Part shown: piece by piece, positions 24,978 through 35,523 of the stretch
Layout of the letters: the number at the start of each line of letters is the position of its first letter
Numbering within the stretch: the stretch's first letter is position 1
Assembly (NCBI GenBank): GCA_963727505.1
Contig: CAVSGP010000004.1
Coordinates: 288,001 to 352,000, forward strand
Length of the DNA: 64,000 bases
Source: an uncultured Trueperaceae bacterium
GTDB taxonomy: Bacteria > Deinococcota > Deinococci > Deinococcales > Trueperaceae
Direction: 5' to 3'
Notes under the pieces: model-generated
Databases searched by the model: none
Seen by the model: the letters and a program-made list of their open reading frames with translations, nothing else
Told to the model about the DNA's origin: nothing
Translations under genes and position numbers: made by a program

Positions 24978-25717
24978 TGGAACGGGCCCCCGGCCCGCGC
25001 CGCTGGCTGCTCGGCCTCCCGGTGGACGCGCTCACGCTCCCCGAGGCCGCGACCTGGGTGCTGGACGCCGCGCACGGCGACCGTCCCCGGCTGGTGGTGA
25101 CCCTCAACCCCGAGATCGTGGTCGGCGCGCACGACGATCCGCGGCTCTTCGAGGCGCTCCGCGGCGCCGACCTCAGCGTGGCCGACGGCGTCGGCGTCGC
25201 CTGGGCGGCGCGCCGTCAAGGGGAGCGCCTGCCTGGGCGCGTGCCCGGCGTCGATCTCGTCGTCGAGGTGCTGCGCACGGCCGGGCCGGAGCTGAGCGTG
25301 TTCCTGCTCGGCGGTCGTCCCGGCGTAGCGGAGCGGGCGGCGTCCGCCGTGGTGCGCCGCTACGGCACTCGGGTCGTCGGCGTGCGCCACGGCTACTTCC
25401 GGCGTCCCGAGGAGGTCCCCGAGGTCTGCCGCGAGGTCGCGGCGAGCGGTTGCCAACTGCTGCTGGCCGGGCTCGGCGCGGGCCAGGAACGCTTCCTGTG
25501 GGAGAACGCTGCCGAGCTCGGCGCGCCGGTGTCGATCGGGGTGGGCGGCACCCTCGACGTGCTCGCCGGCGAGGTGCAGCGCATGCCCGCCTGGAGCAGC
25601 CGGCTCGGCGTGGAGTGGCTGCTCCGGGTCGGGCTCGACGCCAAGCGCTGGCGACGCGTACCCCGGCTCCTGCGGTTCACCTGGATGGTGCTGCGGCGCA
25701 ACGACACGCGCCCCTGA
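24977..25717 (+). CDS. WecB/TagA/CpsF family glycosyltransferase
   Basis: TLNPE, ADGVGV, RVPGVDL, HGYF, GVGGTLDV, LGVEWL.R. Confidence 0.92.
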   Translation: MERAPGPRRWLLGLPVDALTLPEAATWVLDAAHGDRPRLVVTLNPEIVVGAHDDPRLFEALRGADLSVADGVGVAWAARRQGERLPGRVPGVDLVVEVLRTAGPELSVFLLGGRPGVAERAASAVVRRYGTRVVGVRHGYFRRPEEVPEVCREVAASGCQLLLAGLGAGQERFLWENAAELGAPVSIGVGGTLDVLAGEVQRMPAWSSRLGVEWLLRVGLDAKRWRRVPRLLRFTWMVLRRNDTRP

Positions 25718-25726
25718 AGGCGCCCT

Positions 25727-27190
25727 TCAGACCGGCGCTACCTCGACCGGCCGCTCGTTCTCCGCGTCCAGGCCGTCCTTCTCTGCTTCCTCACCGGGGT
25801 GCCCGGCCGGATAGCGGCCGTCGAAGCACGCTAGGCAGGTCCTGTCGAGCGCGATGGCGCGCGCCAACCCAGGTTCCGACAGGAAGTGCAGGGTGTCGGC
25901 GCCGATGCGCCGGCGGATCTCGTCGACGCTCATCGTGGCCGCGGCCAGCTCCTTGCGGGCGGCGGTGTCGATGCCGTAGTAGCAGGGGAAACGGATGGGC
26001 GGGCTCGATACGCGGAAGTGGACCTCCGTCGCGCCCGCCTCCCGGAGCAGCTGCACGATGCGGCCCGAGGTGGTACCCCGAACGATCGAGTCATCGACGA
26101 GGACGACCCGCTTGCCACGCACCGCAGGCGTCGGAGCAAGCTTCAGTTTCACCTTCTGGTCACGCAAACGCTGGTTGGGGTGGATGAACGTGCGCCCCGC
26201 GTAGGGCGACTTGTAAAGCCCCATGTCGTAAGGGATGCCGGAGGCGCGCGCGTAACCGATGGCGGCGGCCAGCCCCGACTCGGGCACGCCCACCACCACG
26301 TCGGCCGAGACCGGGTCCTCCGCGGCCAGCACCTCTCCCATGCGGATGCGCGATGCATGCACCTCGACGCCGTCGAGAACGGAGTCCCCGCGCGCGAAAT
26401 AGATCCACTCGAAGGCGCAGGGCGTGGGCTTGGGGGAGAGTACCTGATAGCTGTGCAGCCCCTCGTCGTCGGCCATCACCAGCTCGCCCGGCCGGACGTC
26501 GCGCAGGAACGTGGCGCCCATCACGTGCAGCGCCGACGGCTCGGAAGCGAGCACGTAACCCCCGTCGATCTCGCCGATGACCAGGGGCCGCACGCCGTTG
26601 GCGTCGCGCAGCCCGAGGATGCGGTGGCGGTCCATGAGCACGACCGCGAAGCCGCCCTCGAGTTCGCCCATCACCTGCGCGGTGGCGTCGCGCAGGCTGA
26701 GATGGCTGTAGCGGGCGATGAGGTTGATCATCACCTCGCTGTCGTTGGTGGTCTGGAAGACCGCACCCTCGTCGAGCATGCGCGCGCGCATCGACTTGGC
26801 GTTGGTGAAGTTGCCGTTGTGCGCCAGCGCCAGCAGACCCTTGTTGGAGCGCACCGTGATGGGCTGGGCGTTGAAGCGCAGGCTCGAGCCCGTCGTCGAG
26901 TAGCGGGTGTGGGCGATGCCGGTGCGCGCGCCGGCGAAGCGAAGCCTCTCGAGGCGGTCCTCGGTGAACACGGCGCTGACCAGCCCCATGTCCTTCTCGA
27001 TGCGGATCTCGTCGTCCGACGCCACGCAGATGCCGCACGACTCCTGCCCGCGATGTTGGAGCGCGAACAGGCCGATGTGAAGCAGTGACGCCATGTCGCT
27101 CGCCTGCGGCAGGTGCGCCGCCACCACGCCGCACTCCTCGTGCAGCTTGTCCTCGCCAAGGATGTCCCAGGGGGTGCCGTCCATCGCCAT
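25727..27190 (-). CDS. purF: Amidophosphoribosyltransferase
   Basis: Propeptide then ECG, LQHRGQE, HTRYST, VDDSIVRGTT, CYYGID. Confidence 0.96.
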   Translation of the reverse strand: MAMDGTPWDILGEDKLHEECGVVAAHLPQASDMASLLHIGLFALQHRGQESCGICVASDDEIRIEKDMGLVSAVFTEDRLERLRFAGARTGIAHTRYSTTGSSLRFNAQPITVRSNKGLLALAHNGNFTNAKSMRARMLDEGAVFQTTNDSEVMINLIARYSHLSLRDATAQVMGELEGGFAVVLMDRHRILGLRDANGVRPLVIGEIDGGYVLASEPSALHVMGATFLRDVRPGELVMADDEGLHSYQVLSPKPTPCAFEWIYFARGDSVLDGVEVHASRIRMGEVLAAEDPVSADVVVGVPESGLAAAIGYARASGIPYDMGLYKSPYAGRTFIHPNQRLRDQKVKLKLAPTPAVRGKRVVLVDDSIVRGTTSGRIVQLLREAGATEVHFRVSSPPIRFPCYYGIDTAARKELAAATMSVDEIRRRIGADTLHFLSEPGLARAIALDRTCLACFDGRYPAGHPGEEAEKDGLDAENERPVEVAPV

Positions 27191-29412
27191 CAGCGTAGCG
27201 CCTCCGCCAGGGGTCTGTGGTAAGCCGTCCGAAGGTTCGTCAGGGGCACGGCGAACGCCCCGCGGACGGTGCGCATGCGGACGTCCTGACCTTCGCTGGT
27301 CCCCAGCCGGTGGCAGGGAACGCCCGCCTCCGCGCAGCGCCTCTGCGCCTCGACGACCCGCTCCTCGCCCTGCAGCGCCAGCACGATGCGCGCCGCGCCC
27401 TCCCCGAAGAGGACGGCGTCGTCGGACGCCCCCGAAACGCCGGGCAGGGTCGCGTCGAGGCCGAACGCACCGGTGATCGCCATCTCAGCCAGCGCCACCG
27501 CCAGCCCGCCTTCGGAGACGTCGTGCGCGGTGTCGCACAGGCCCTCCTGGATCAGGGAACGCACCACGCTCTGCACCGCCACCTCCCGCTCGAGGTCGAG
27601 CGGCGGTGGAGCGCCGGCGACGGTGCCGTGCAGCCGCGCCAGCATCTCGCTCGCGCCCAGCGAGCCGGCAGCCTCGCCGACGAGCAGCAGAACGTCGCCT
27701 GTTCGCTTGAGAGCCATGTCGGCGCGGTGCCCGACGTCCGGCAGCACCCCGACCATCCCGACCGTGGGCGTCGGGTCGATGGCGTGGTAGCCGTCCTCGG
27801 AGCGGTACTGGTTGTAGAGGCTGACGTTGCCGCCGGTCACCGGCGTTCCCAGCGCCAGGCAGGCCTCCTTCAGGCCTTCAACCGCCTGCTCGAGCTGGTA
27901 GTAGACCTCGGGGAGGTAGGGGTTGCCGAAGTTGAGGTTGTCCGTCACGCCGAGCGGCGTGGCGCCCACGCAGGTGAGGTTGCGAGCGGCCTCGGCAACG
28001 GCGTGGGCTGCCCCCAGCCGCGGATCGAGGCGCACGTAGCGGGCATTGCAGTCCACCGTCGCCGCCACACCCAACGGGCTCCCCTTGACCCGCAGGACCG
28101 CCGCGTCACCGCGACCGGGCAGCACCACGGTGTTGGTCATGACCTGGTGGTCGTACTGCCGGAACACCGCTTCCTTGCTGGCGATGGTGGGGCTCTCGAG
28201 GAGCGTGAGCAGGGCGCCAGCAGGGTCGGGCGTATCGGAGACATCCACGTTGCGCGCGCGCAGGGCCACGGTCTCGGCCGCCTCCACGCCCTCCCGGGTA
28301 TAGGTGGGGGGCTCGTTGAGCGCCGCCACCGGCAGATCGCCGATGAGCCGCCGGCCGTCGTACAGCCGCAGGCGCCCGTGGTCGCGCACCACGCCGATGG
28401 CATGGGCATCGAGCTCCCACCGTTCCAGAAGCTCCAGCAACTCCTCCTCGCGCCCCGGCGTGGCGGTCAGCAGCATGCGCTCCTGCGACTCCGAGAGCAT
28501 CACCTCGAGCGCGCTCATGCCGTCCTCGCGACGTGGCACCCGGTCGAGGTCGAGGTCCACGCCGAGCCCGGCCCGGTGCGCCATCTCGGCCACGCTGCTG
28601 CTCAGCCCTGCCGCGCCCATGTCCTGCACGCCGGCGACGAGCCCGCGAGCGTACGCCTCCAGGCAGGCTTCGAGCAGCAGCTTCTCCATGAAAGGGTCGC
28701 CGACCTGCACGGCCGGTCGGTCCGCATCGGAGGCCTGGCTCAGGTCGGCCGATGCGAACACAGCGCCACCGAGCCCGTCCCGCCCGGTCTTCGACCCCAC
28801 GTAGATGATGCTGTTGCCAACCGCGCCCACCGTGCCCCGCTTGAGCTCGTCATGACGCAGGTACCCGAGCGCCATGACGTTGACCAGCGGATTCTCCTGG
28901 TAGCAGGCGTCGAACGCGATCTCGCCGCCGACAGTGGGGACGCCGATGGCGTTGCCGTACAGGGAGATGCCCTGCACCACCCCCGCCAGCAAGTAGCGGT
29001 TGCGCGCCTCGCTGAGGTCACCGAAGCGCAAGGAGTCGAGCACCGCCACCGGCCGCGCGCCCATGGCGAAGATGTCGCGCAGGATGCCTCCCACGCCGGT
29101 GGCCGCGCCCTGCACCGGCTCGACCGCGCTGGGATGGTTGTGGCTCTCCATCTTGAACGCCACCGCCCAGCCGTCGCCGATGTCGACGACGCCGGCGTTC
29201 TCCCCGGGCCCCTGGAGAACCTGCGCACCGGTGGTCGGCAGGCGTTTCAGGAGCGGACGCGAGTTCTTGTAGCCGCAGTGCTCGCTCCACAACGCACCGA
29301 ACACGCCTGCCTCGAGCGCGTTGGGCTCGCGACCCAGTCGCTCGACGACGTCGTCGAACTCGACGTCGCTGAGCCCGAAGGTGGCCGCCGACGCGCGCAG
29401 GCTCGCGCTCAT
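27190..29412 (-). CDS. purL: Phosphoribosylformylglycinamidine synthase subunit PurL (small type)
   Basis: [32 protein letters not shown]. Confidence 0.96.
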   Translation of the reverse strand: MSASLRASAATFGLSDVEFDDVVERLGREPNALEAGVFGALWSEHCGYKNSRPLLKRLPTTGAQVLQGPGENAGVVDIGDGWAVAFKMESHNHPSAVEPVQGAATGVGGILRDIFAMGARPVAVLDSLRFGDLSEARNRYLLAGVVQGISLYGNAIGVPTVGGEIAFDACYQENPLVNVMALGYLRHDELKRGTVGAVGNSIIYVGSKTGRDGLGGAVFASADLSQASDADRPAVQVGDPFMEKLLLEACLEAYARGLVAGVQDMGAAGLSSSVAEMAHRAGLGVDLDLDRVPRREDGMSALEVMLSESQERMLLTATPGREEELLELLERWELDAHAIGVVRDHGRLRLYDGRRLIGDLPVAALNEPPTYTREGVEAAETVALRARNVDVSDTPDPAGALLTLLESPTIASKEAVFRQYDHQVMTNTVVLPGRGDAAVLRVKGSPLGVAATVDCNARYVRLDPRLGAAHAVAEAARNLTCVGATPLGVTDNLNFGNPYLPEVYYQLEQAVEGLKEACLALGTPVTGGNVSLYNQYRSEDGYHAIDPTPTVGMVGVLPDVGHRADMALKRTGDVLLLVGEAAGSLGASEMLARLHGTVAGAPPPLDLEREVAVQSVVRSLIQEGLCDTAHDVSEGGLAVALAEMAITGAFGLDATLPGVSGASDDAVLFGEGAARIVLALQGEERVVEAQRRCAEAGVPCHRLGTSEGQDVRMRTVRGAFAVPLTNLRTAYHRPLAEALR

Positions 29413-29455
29413 CGTCCGCTCCGTCGCCACGCACGCCGCGCGCGAAAACATCCGC

Positions 29456-30163
29456 TCATGCGCGCGCCGCCCCGTCGTGCAGGTGCTCCAGCATGCCGCG
29501 AAGCAGCTCCGCGCCATCGACCGAGCCGAGCAGCGGCTCGACCGCGCGCTCCGGGTGAGGCATCATGCCGAGCACGTTGCCGCGCTCGTTGACCACGCCG
29601 GCGATCGCGTTCACGCTGCCGTTGGCGTTGGCCTCGGGCGTGGCGCGGCCCTGTGGGTCGACGTAGCGGAAGACCACTCGCCCGTCACCTTCGAGGCGCT
29701 CGAGAGTGGAATCGTCGACGTAGAAGCGCCCTTCGTTGTGCGCGATGGGGAGACGGAGCACCTGGCCGCGCTCGAAGCGGCGGGTGAAGAGCAGGTCGTC
29801 GCGCTCGACGCGGAGGTGCACGTCCCGGCACAGGAAATGGAGCGAGGGGTTGCGCGCGAGCTGACCCGGCAACAGGGCCGCCTCGGTGAGGATCTGCCAG
29901 CCGTTGCAGATCCCCAGGACGGGGCCGCCCCGCCGCGCGAAGCCGCGTACGGCCTCCATCACCGGGCTGAGCGCCGCCAGAGCGCCGCCGCGAAGGTAGT
30001 CGCCATAGCTGAAGCCGCCCGGCAACACCACGGCGTCGGCGCGGCCCAGAGAGGTGTCCCGGTGCCACACGAAGCGCACCGGAGATCCGAGAACGAACTC
30101 GAACGCGTGCCGGGCGTCGTCGTCACAGTTGCTACCTGGGAAACGGACAACGGCGATGGTCAT
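29456..30163 (-). CDS. purQ: Phosphoribosylformylglycinamidine synthase subunit PurQ
   Basis: [30 protein letters not shown]. Confidence 0.96.
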   Translation of the reverse strand: MTIAVVRFPGSNCDDDARHAFEFVLGSPVRFVWHRDTSLGRADAVVLPGGFSYGDYLRGGALAALSPVMEAVRGFARRGGPVLGICNGWQILTEAALLPGQLARNPSLHFLCRDVHLRVERDDLLFTRRFERGQVLRLPIAHNEGRFYVDDSTLERLEGDGRVVFRYVDPQGRATPEANANGSVNAIAGVVNERGNVLGMMPHPERAVEPLLGSVDGAELLRGMLEHLHDGAARA

Positions 30164-30296
30164 GGTAATCCTGGGGGCGCACGGCGCCCGCCAGCTGCAG
30201 CCGGCGACCCTGCGACGCGCGTACTGTACCACCGGCCGCTAGAGAGGGGTGGGCGCGACGCGTGAGCCTGCTTGGGGCGCTCAAAAGGAGGGATTC

Positions 30297-30557
30297 ATGT
30301 CGCTGCTCCGCACGGTCGCCAGTCTGCCGCACCTGGTGCCGCTCCGCCGCATCGCCCAGGACTACCCCTGGATCCACACCGGTCTGGGCCTGGTCGGGAA
30401 CACCACCTTCTTCGTAGGGAGCATCTTCTTCCTGTTCGCGGGCCTCAAGGAAGCCGGCACCTGGCTGTTCATCACCGGCAGCCTGGGCATGCTGATCGAC
30501 AGCGTGGGCGAGGCGCTCCTGCGTGTCGAGGGCTACGCCGACCTGGCGGAGCGCTGA
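30297..30557 (+). CDS. YrhK-like small membrane protein
   Basis: YPWIHTGLGLVGNTTFFVGSIFF..GTWLFITGS; RBS AAGGAGG. Confidence 0.75.
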   Translation: MSLLRTVASLPHLVPLRRIAQDYPWIHTGLGLVGNTTFFVGSIFFLFAGLKEAGTWLFITGSLGMLIDSVGEALLRVEGYADLAER

Positions 30558-30611
30558 CCCCCGGAGCGCAGAATCCGGAACTCCCGGTCCGTCGCAGGCT
30601 CTCGCAGGCCC

Positions 30612-30641
30612 TTGCCGGACACGGGCCCCTACCGTTACGCT
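30612..30641 (+). promoter_or_regulatory. Putative promoter for tRNA-Leu/secG
   Basis: TTGCCG-N18-TACGCT. Confidence 0.55.
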
Positions 30642-30672
30642 TGGATGCGGGCGGCGTGAGCCGCCTGTCCGG

Positions 30673-30757
30673 GCCGAGATGGCGGAATCGGTAGACGCAG
30701 TAGACTCAAAATCTACCGGGGCAACCCGTGCGGGTTCGAGTCCCGCTCTCGGCACCA
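30673..30757 (+). tRNA. tRNA-Leu (anticodon CAA)
   Basis: Acceptor stem GCCGAGA/TCTCGGC, anticodon arm GTAGA-CTCAAAA-TCTAC, long variable arm, GTTCGAG T-loop, encoded CCA. Confidence 0.97.
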
Positions 30758-30840
30758 CCTTGCCGTAGGATCGGCGTGAGAGTTCGGCGCGAGAGATCGG
30801 CGGGCGCACCTGTCCGCTTCCCGTTCGCCGCGGAGGAAGC

Positions 30841-31077
30841 ATGTTCTGGATTGCCTTCATACTGTTCGTCATCGACTCGGTCCTGGTGACCGTCGTCATC
30901 CTCATGCAGGAGCCCAAGCAGTCGGGGCTCGGTGACGCCCTGGGGGGCGGCGGCGGGGGAGGCGGCGACTTCGGGACGATGGGTGGCACCGCCGGCGGCC
31001 TGCACCGGCTCACCATCTGGCTCGGCACCGTCTGGGGCGTGCTGGCGCTGGCGCTGCAGGTCATCCCCAGGGCCTGA
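30841..31077 (+). CDS. secG: Preprotein translocase subunit SecG
   Basis: Two TM helices, LMQEPKQSGLG, LHRLTIW; next to tRNA-Leu. Confidence 0.9.
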   Translation: MFWIAFILFVIDSVLVTVVILMQEPKQSGLGDALGGGGGGGGDFGTMGGTAGGLHRLTIWLGTVWGVLALALQVIPRA

Positions 31078-31239
31078 CGAGAGCACCGGGGGTGCCGCGT
31101 CCTTGCGCTGCATGAGAGATCCTCTTGATGCAGAGCATGACAGCGGGTAGGCTTGCTGACGTAGTTCCAACGGATGAGCAGGCTCCCTGCGGGTGTTCCC
31201 GCGGTCCAGCCATTCGCATGTCCCCGAGGAGGTATGTCA

Positions 31240-33054
31240 GTGAAGCGAACTCTGTTGTTCGTCGTTGCGGCAGCGCTTCTGGCCGTGGCCACCGCGCAGG
31301 TGGAAACGTTCACCTGGCCGAAGGATTACGCGCCGACGCTGAAGAGCGGCGGTACCGTCAACGAAACATTGTTCGGCGATATCACCACCCTGAACCCCGT
31401 CCTCACCTCGAGCGCCAACGAAGCGGCGATCATCGGCATGTACGCCGGGCCGGCCGCCATCTATCGCGACTGGGTCGGGAACCGCTCCTTCCAGAAGGCT
31501 GACGGCAGCTACAACATGCAGTGGGCCAAGGACATCCAGGTCCTCAAGAAGGACCAGCAGTTCATCGTCACGGTGCGCAAGGGCTGGAAGTGGTCCGACG
31601 GCGTCGAGATGACCACCGACGACGTCAAGGCGACCTGGGACATCGTGGGCGACCCCAAGGTGGAGTCGAACAACTACTCCTGCTCGGTGGTGGGCGACAA
31701 GAAGGTCGACCTCAAGATCCTGGGCAAGTACCAGTACGAGATCACGCTGCCCGAGCCGCAGGTCAACGCGCTGGCCAACAACGACTGCGTGACGCTGAAC
31801 GGCCTGATCCCGGCCCATATCTTCATGCCCGTGTACAAGGCCAAGGGCGCCGACGGCGTCAAGGCGCTGTGGGGCGTCGACGCCGACGTGAGCAAGATCG
31901 TATCGGGCGGCCCCTACATGCTGAAGGAGTTCCGGGCCGGTGAACGCGTGGTCCTGGTGCGCAACCCGCAATACGCCGAGCAGGTCAAGGCCGCCGACGG
32001 CAGCGGCGTGCCCGGACCCGACACCTGGAACGTCACGCTCGTCAAGGACGCCAACCAGGTGCTGAGCCGCGCCGTCACGGGCCAGTCGGACTTCTACTGG
32101 CCGGTCAACCTCGACCAGGTCAAGGCCGTCAAGGACGCGCTCGACAAGGGCACCATCAAGGGCGACCTCTATGCCAACATCGGGCCCAGCAGCGCCGTCG
32201 ACTTCATCACCTACAACTTCAACAACACCGACAAGTGCAAGGCCGACATGTTCGGCAACGTCTACTTCCGCCGCGCCATCAGCGACATGATCGACCGCAA
32301 CGCGCTGGTCAACGCCGCTCTGGGTGGCCTGGGCTTCCCGGCCAAGGACTGGAACACCGAGGCGGCCAAGCCCTTCGACGCGCCCAACGTCAAGCCCTTC
32401 GCGTTCGACCCGGAGCAGGGCGTGCAGCTCCTGCACAACATCGGCTTCACCCAGAAGGATTCCGACGGGGTGCTCACCAACCCCACCACCGGCTGCAAGG
32501 TGGCGTTCGACCTGCAGTACAACAGCGGCAACACCCGCCGCGGCCAGGAAGCGCAGGTCATCGCGCAGACCGTGGCGCCCTACGGCGTGAAGATCAACCC
32601 GCGTGAGGTCTCGACACAGATCTGGGCCAACTCCATCGTGGGCACGAGCGCCGACTACGACCCCGCCAAGGGCCGCACCGTCAACTACGACGCCCAGATC
32701 TGGGGCCTCGCCGGCGGCGACGTCGACAACCCCAGCTTCGACAACGGTCTGCGCCCGGGCACCAACCTGAACTCCTGGAACAAGAGCAAGACCGACCTGC
32801 AGTCCTGGGAGATCCTGATGGGCCAGTACACCGTCGAGATGAACGCGGCCCTGGACCTGCAGAAGCGCGTGGATCTCTACAACCAGCGCGCCGCGCTGAT
32901 GCGCGAGTGGCTGCCGCTCACGCCCCTGATCAGCCAGGCCTTCAGCTTCTACACCGATCTGGGCAACACCTGGCCCAAGTCGGCGCTGGACGCCAACAGC
33001 ATCCAGTCGCCCTACAACCCGGGCAGCTATCGGGAGTTGCTCACCGCAAACTGA
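31240..33054 (+). CDS. ABC transporter substrate-binding protein (family 5, peptide/oligosaccharide)
   Basis: Sec signal ending ATAQ, TLNP, KWSDG..TTDDV, SGGPY, FRRAIS..IDR; GTG after GGAGG. Confidence 0.92.
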   Translation: MKRTLLFVVAAALLAVATAQVETFTWPKDYAPTLKSGGTVNETLFGDITTLNPVLTSSANEAAIIGMYAGPAAIYRDWVGNRSFQKADGSYNMQWAKDIQVLKKDQQFIVTVRKGWKWSDGVEMTTDDVKATWDIVGDPKVESNNYSCSVVGDKKVDLKILGKYQYEITLPEPQVNALANNDCVTLNGLIPAHIFMPVYKAKGADGVKALWGVDADVSKIVSGGPYMLKEFRAGERVVLVRNPQYAEQVKAADGSGVPGPDTWNVTLVKDANQVLSRAVTGQSDFYWPVNLDQVKAVKDALDKGTIKGDLYANIGPSSAVDFITYNFNNTDKCKADMFGNVYFRRAISDMIDRNALVNAALGGLGFPAKDWNTEAAKPFDAPNVKPFAFDPEQGVQLLHNIGFTQKDSDGVLTNPTTGCKVAFDLQYNSGNTRRGQEAQVIAQTVAPYGVKINPREVSTQIWANSIVGTSADYDPAKGRTVNYDAQIWGLAGGDVDNPSFDNGLRPGTNLNSWNKSKTDLQSWEILMGQYTVEMNAALDLQKRVDLYNQRAALMREWLPLTPLISQAFSFYTDLGNTWPKSALDANSIQSPYNPGSYRELLTAN

Positions 33055-33087
33055 GCCTCCGGTAACAGGCCTCTATGCAAGGGGAAC

Positions 33088-33118
33088 GGGGGCTCCGGTA
33101 CGACAGGCCGGAGCCCCC
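33088..33118 (+). terminator. Strong hairpin after the substrate-binding gene (terminator or mRNA stabiliser)
   Basis: GGGGGCTCCGG-N9-CCGGAGCCCCC; no U-tract. Confidence 0.65.
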
Positions 33119-33249
33119 GAATCCTGGAGGGCCACTCTCAGCCGACGGCTCCCCCATCTGGCTTACAATGCTCCATTGAGTGCCGGGCACGTGCCCGCCC
33201 CGTCTTCAGGGCGCGCCCCGCAAACCGACCCCGGAGGCCCGTCTTCGCG

Positions 33250-34230
33250 ATGTTGCCGTTCATCGTTCGCCGGCTGTTCAATCTCATCCCTACCTTCATC
33301 ATCGCGACCTTCCTCGCATGGGGCATCATCCAGGCGGCCCCGGGCGATTTCGCGACGCAGTTCGCCTTCGACCAGGTCGACCCCAACAAGGCCGATCGCA
33401 TCCGGCAGCTGCTGGGGCTCGATCAGGCCTGGTACGTCCGTTATTTCTACTGGCTGCGCAATCTGATCCTGCACTTCAACCTGGGCACCAGCATGACCAG
33501 TAAGGCCAGCGTGACCGCGCTCATCTTGCCGCTGATGCGCAACAGCATGGTGTTGCTGATCCCGGCGACCGTCCTGGCGTTCGCGATCGCCATCCCCATC
33601 GGCGTGTATTCGGCGCTTCACAAGTACTCGCTCGCCGACCGCTTCCTCACCGTCTTCAGCCTCCTCGGGCTGGCGGTTCCCAACTTCTTCCTGGCGCTCA
33701 TCGTGCTGGCGTTCAGCGTGCAGTGGTTCCACCACTACCACTGGTTCCTCATCCCGACCGGCGGCATGACCAGCACGGACTTCAGCAGCTTCAGCCCGGT
33801 CCGCCAGGTCCTCGACGTCGGGTGGCACCTGATCGGACCGGTGCTGGTGGTCACCCTTTCCTCCCTTGCGTTCGTCAGCCGCGTGATGCGCGGCGAGATG
33901 CTCGAGGTGCTCGGGCAGGACTACGTCCGGACCGCCCGCTCCAAGGGCCTGTCGGAGCGCTCCGTGAACGTCAAACATGCCCTGCGCAACGCCATCCTGG
34001 TGATCGTCGCCATCATCGGATCCACGCTGCCCGGCCTTGTATCCGGCGCGGGCTCGGTCGAGTACGTGACCGGCTGGCCCGGCATCACCCCGCTGTTCAT
34101 CAGCTCGATCTTCGCGCAGGACGTCTACGTGGTGATGGCGCTGCTCACCATCCTGACGCTGCTGTTGATGGTGGGAAACCTCCTGTCCGACCTGGCGCTC
34201 GCCATGATCGACCCCAGGATCCGGTACTGA
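33250..34230 (+). CDS. Opp/Dpp-type ABC transporter permease (B subunit)
   Basis: QDYVRTARSKGL..KHALRNA, DPRIRY. Confidence 0.93.
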   Translation: MLPFIVRRLFNLIPTFIIATFLAWGIIQAAPGDFATQFAFDQVDPNKADRIRQLLGLDQAWYVRYFYWLRNLILHFNLGTSMTSKASVTALILPLMRNSMVLLIPATVLAFAIAIPIGVYSALHKYSLADRFLTVFSLLGLAVPNFFLALIVLAFSVQWFHHYHWFLIPTGGMTSTDFSSFSPVRQVLDVGWHLIGPVLVVTLSSLAFVSRVMRGEMLEVLGQDYVRTARSKGLSERSVNVKHALRNAILVIVAIIGSTLPGLVSGAGSVEYVTGWPGITPLFISSIFAQDVYVVMALLTILTLLLMVGNLLSDLALAMIDPRIRY

Positions 34231-34231
34231 C

Positions 34232-35443
34232 ATGGAGCGCGTGCCTAACGAGGTCGAGACCGCGCAGGCCCCTGTGGACAAGCAAGCCGTCCAGGGCGCC
34301 AGCCTCACCACCATCGCCTGGCAGCAGTTCAAGAAGCACCCCATGGCGCGCACCGCGCTCGTCATCCTGGGCGTCATGTACCTGCTGGCGGCCTTCGCCG
34401 ACTTCGTCGCCCCCTATCCGGAGCACGACATCAACCCCAACGCCACCTTCGAGCCTCCGACCGTCGTCCACTTCCTCGACTCGCAGGGGCAGCTGACCTG
34501 GCCGTACATCTATGGCCTGAAGAAGACCATCAACATGCAGACCTTCGCATCGGTGTGGACGACGGATACCTCGACGCGCTACCCGCTGACGCTGTTCGTC
34601 CACCGCACGGGGATCCGCGACCGCTACGTGCCCTTCCCGGTGAACCTGATCCCGGTTCAGCTCCGTCACGTGCTCGGCATACGGCCCTGGGCGACGCTCC
34701 ACCTGTTCGGGGTCGCCGACGCGAGCGACCAGGCCAAGATCCATCTGCTGGGCACCGATGACATCGGGGCCGACGTCTTCGGGAAGCTGATGTTCGGAGC
34801 GCGCATCAGTCTCACCATCGGCATCCTGGCCAGCGCGGTGGCCATCGTCATCGGCATGCTCATGGGCGGGTTGGCCGGCTTCTACGGCGGCTGGCTCGAC
34901 GAGATCATCCTGCGCTTCGTCGAGGCGCTCTCGGCCATCCCCTTCCTGTTCCTATTGCTCACCCTGTCTGCCATCTTCTACCCACTCCACCTGCCGTCCA
35001 CCACGCAATTCATGGTGATCATCGTGGCGCTGTCGGTGATCGGCTGGGGTCAGATCGCGCGCGCGGTTCGCGGCCAGGTGTTGAGCCTGCGCGAGCGCGA
35101 TTTCACGGTCGCCGCACAGGCCCTCGGAGCGAGCAACATGCGCGTCATCACGCGCCACCTGTTGCCCCAGACCCTGAGCTTCATCATCATCTCCCTCTCG
35201 ATCCAGATCCCGGAGTACACGCTCGCCGAGTCGGTGCTGAGTTTCTTCGGGCTGGGGATCCAACCGCCCTCCACGAGCTGGGGCCTGATGCTCTCGACGG
35301 CGCAATCGTTCGCGGGCGTCACCGGTCTGGGCGACCGCTGGTGGATCTTCACGCCCGGCGTCGCCATCTTCGTCGCAGTGCTGACGTGGAACCTGTTGGG
35401 GGACGGCCTGCGGGACGCCTTCGATCCCAAGAGTCGCCGATGA
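34232..35443 (+). CDS. Opp/Dpp-type ABC transporter permease (C subunit)
   Basis: HLLGTDDIG, GARISL, AAQALGAS, NLLGDGLRDAFDP. Confidence 0.93.
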   Translation: MERVPNEVETAQAPVDKQAVQGASLTTIAWQQFKKHPMARTALVILGVMYLLAAFADFVAPYPEHDINPNATFEPPTVVHFLDSQGQLTWPYIYGLKKTINMQTFASVWTTDTSTRYPLTLFVHRTGIRDRYVPFPVNLIPVQLRHVLGIRPWATLHLFGVADASDQAKIHLLGTDDIGADVFGKLMFGARISLTIGILASAVAIVIGMLMGGLAGFYGGWLDEIILRFVEALSAIPFLFLLLTLSAIFYPLHLPSTTQFMVIIVALSVIGWGQIARAVRGQVLSLRERDFTVAAQALGASNMRVITRHLLPQTLSFIIISLSIQIPEYTLAESVLSFFGLGIQPPSTSWGLMLSTAQSFAGVTGLGDRWWIFTPGVAIFVAVLTWNLLGDGLRDAFDPKSRR

Positions 35444-35494
35444 CGGGCGCCGCGGCAGAGCCCGAACGTGCCGCCGCCATGGGACGGGAGGGAT

Positions 35495-35523
35495 TTGACC
35501 TGTGCGCGCCCGCGCTATATTCT
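35495..35523 (+). promoter_or_regulatory. Putative internal sigma-A promoter
   Basis: TTGACC-N17-TATTCT. Confidence 0.55.

Noticed and set aside
30673..31077. tRNA-Leu as an integration site
   Set aside because: No integrase, duplicated tRNA 3' end or foreign block; secG follows directly.
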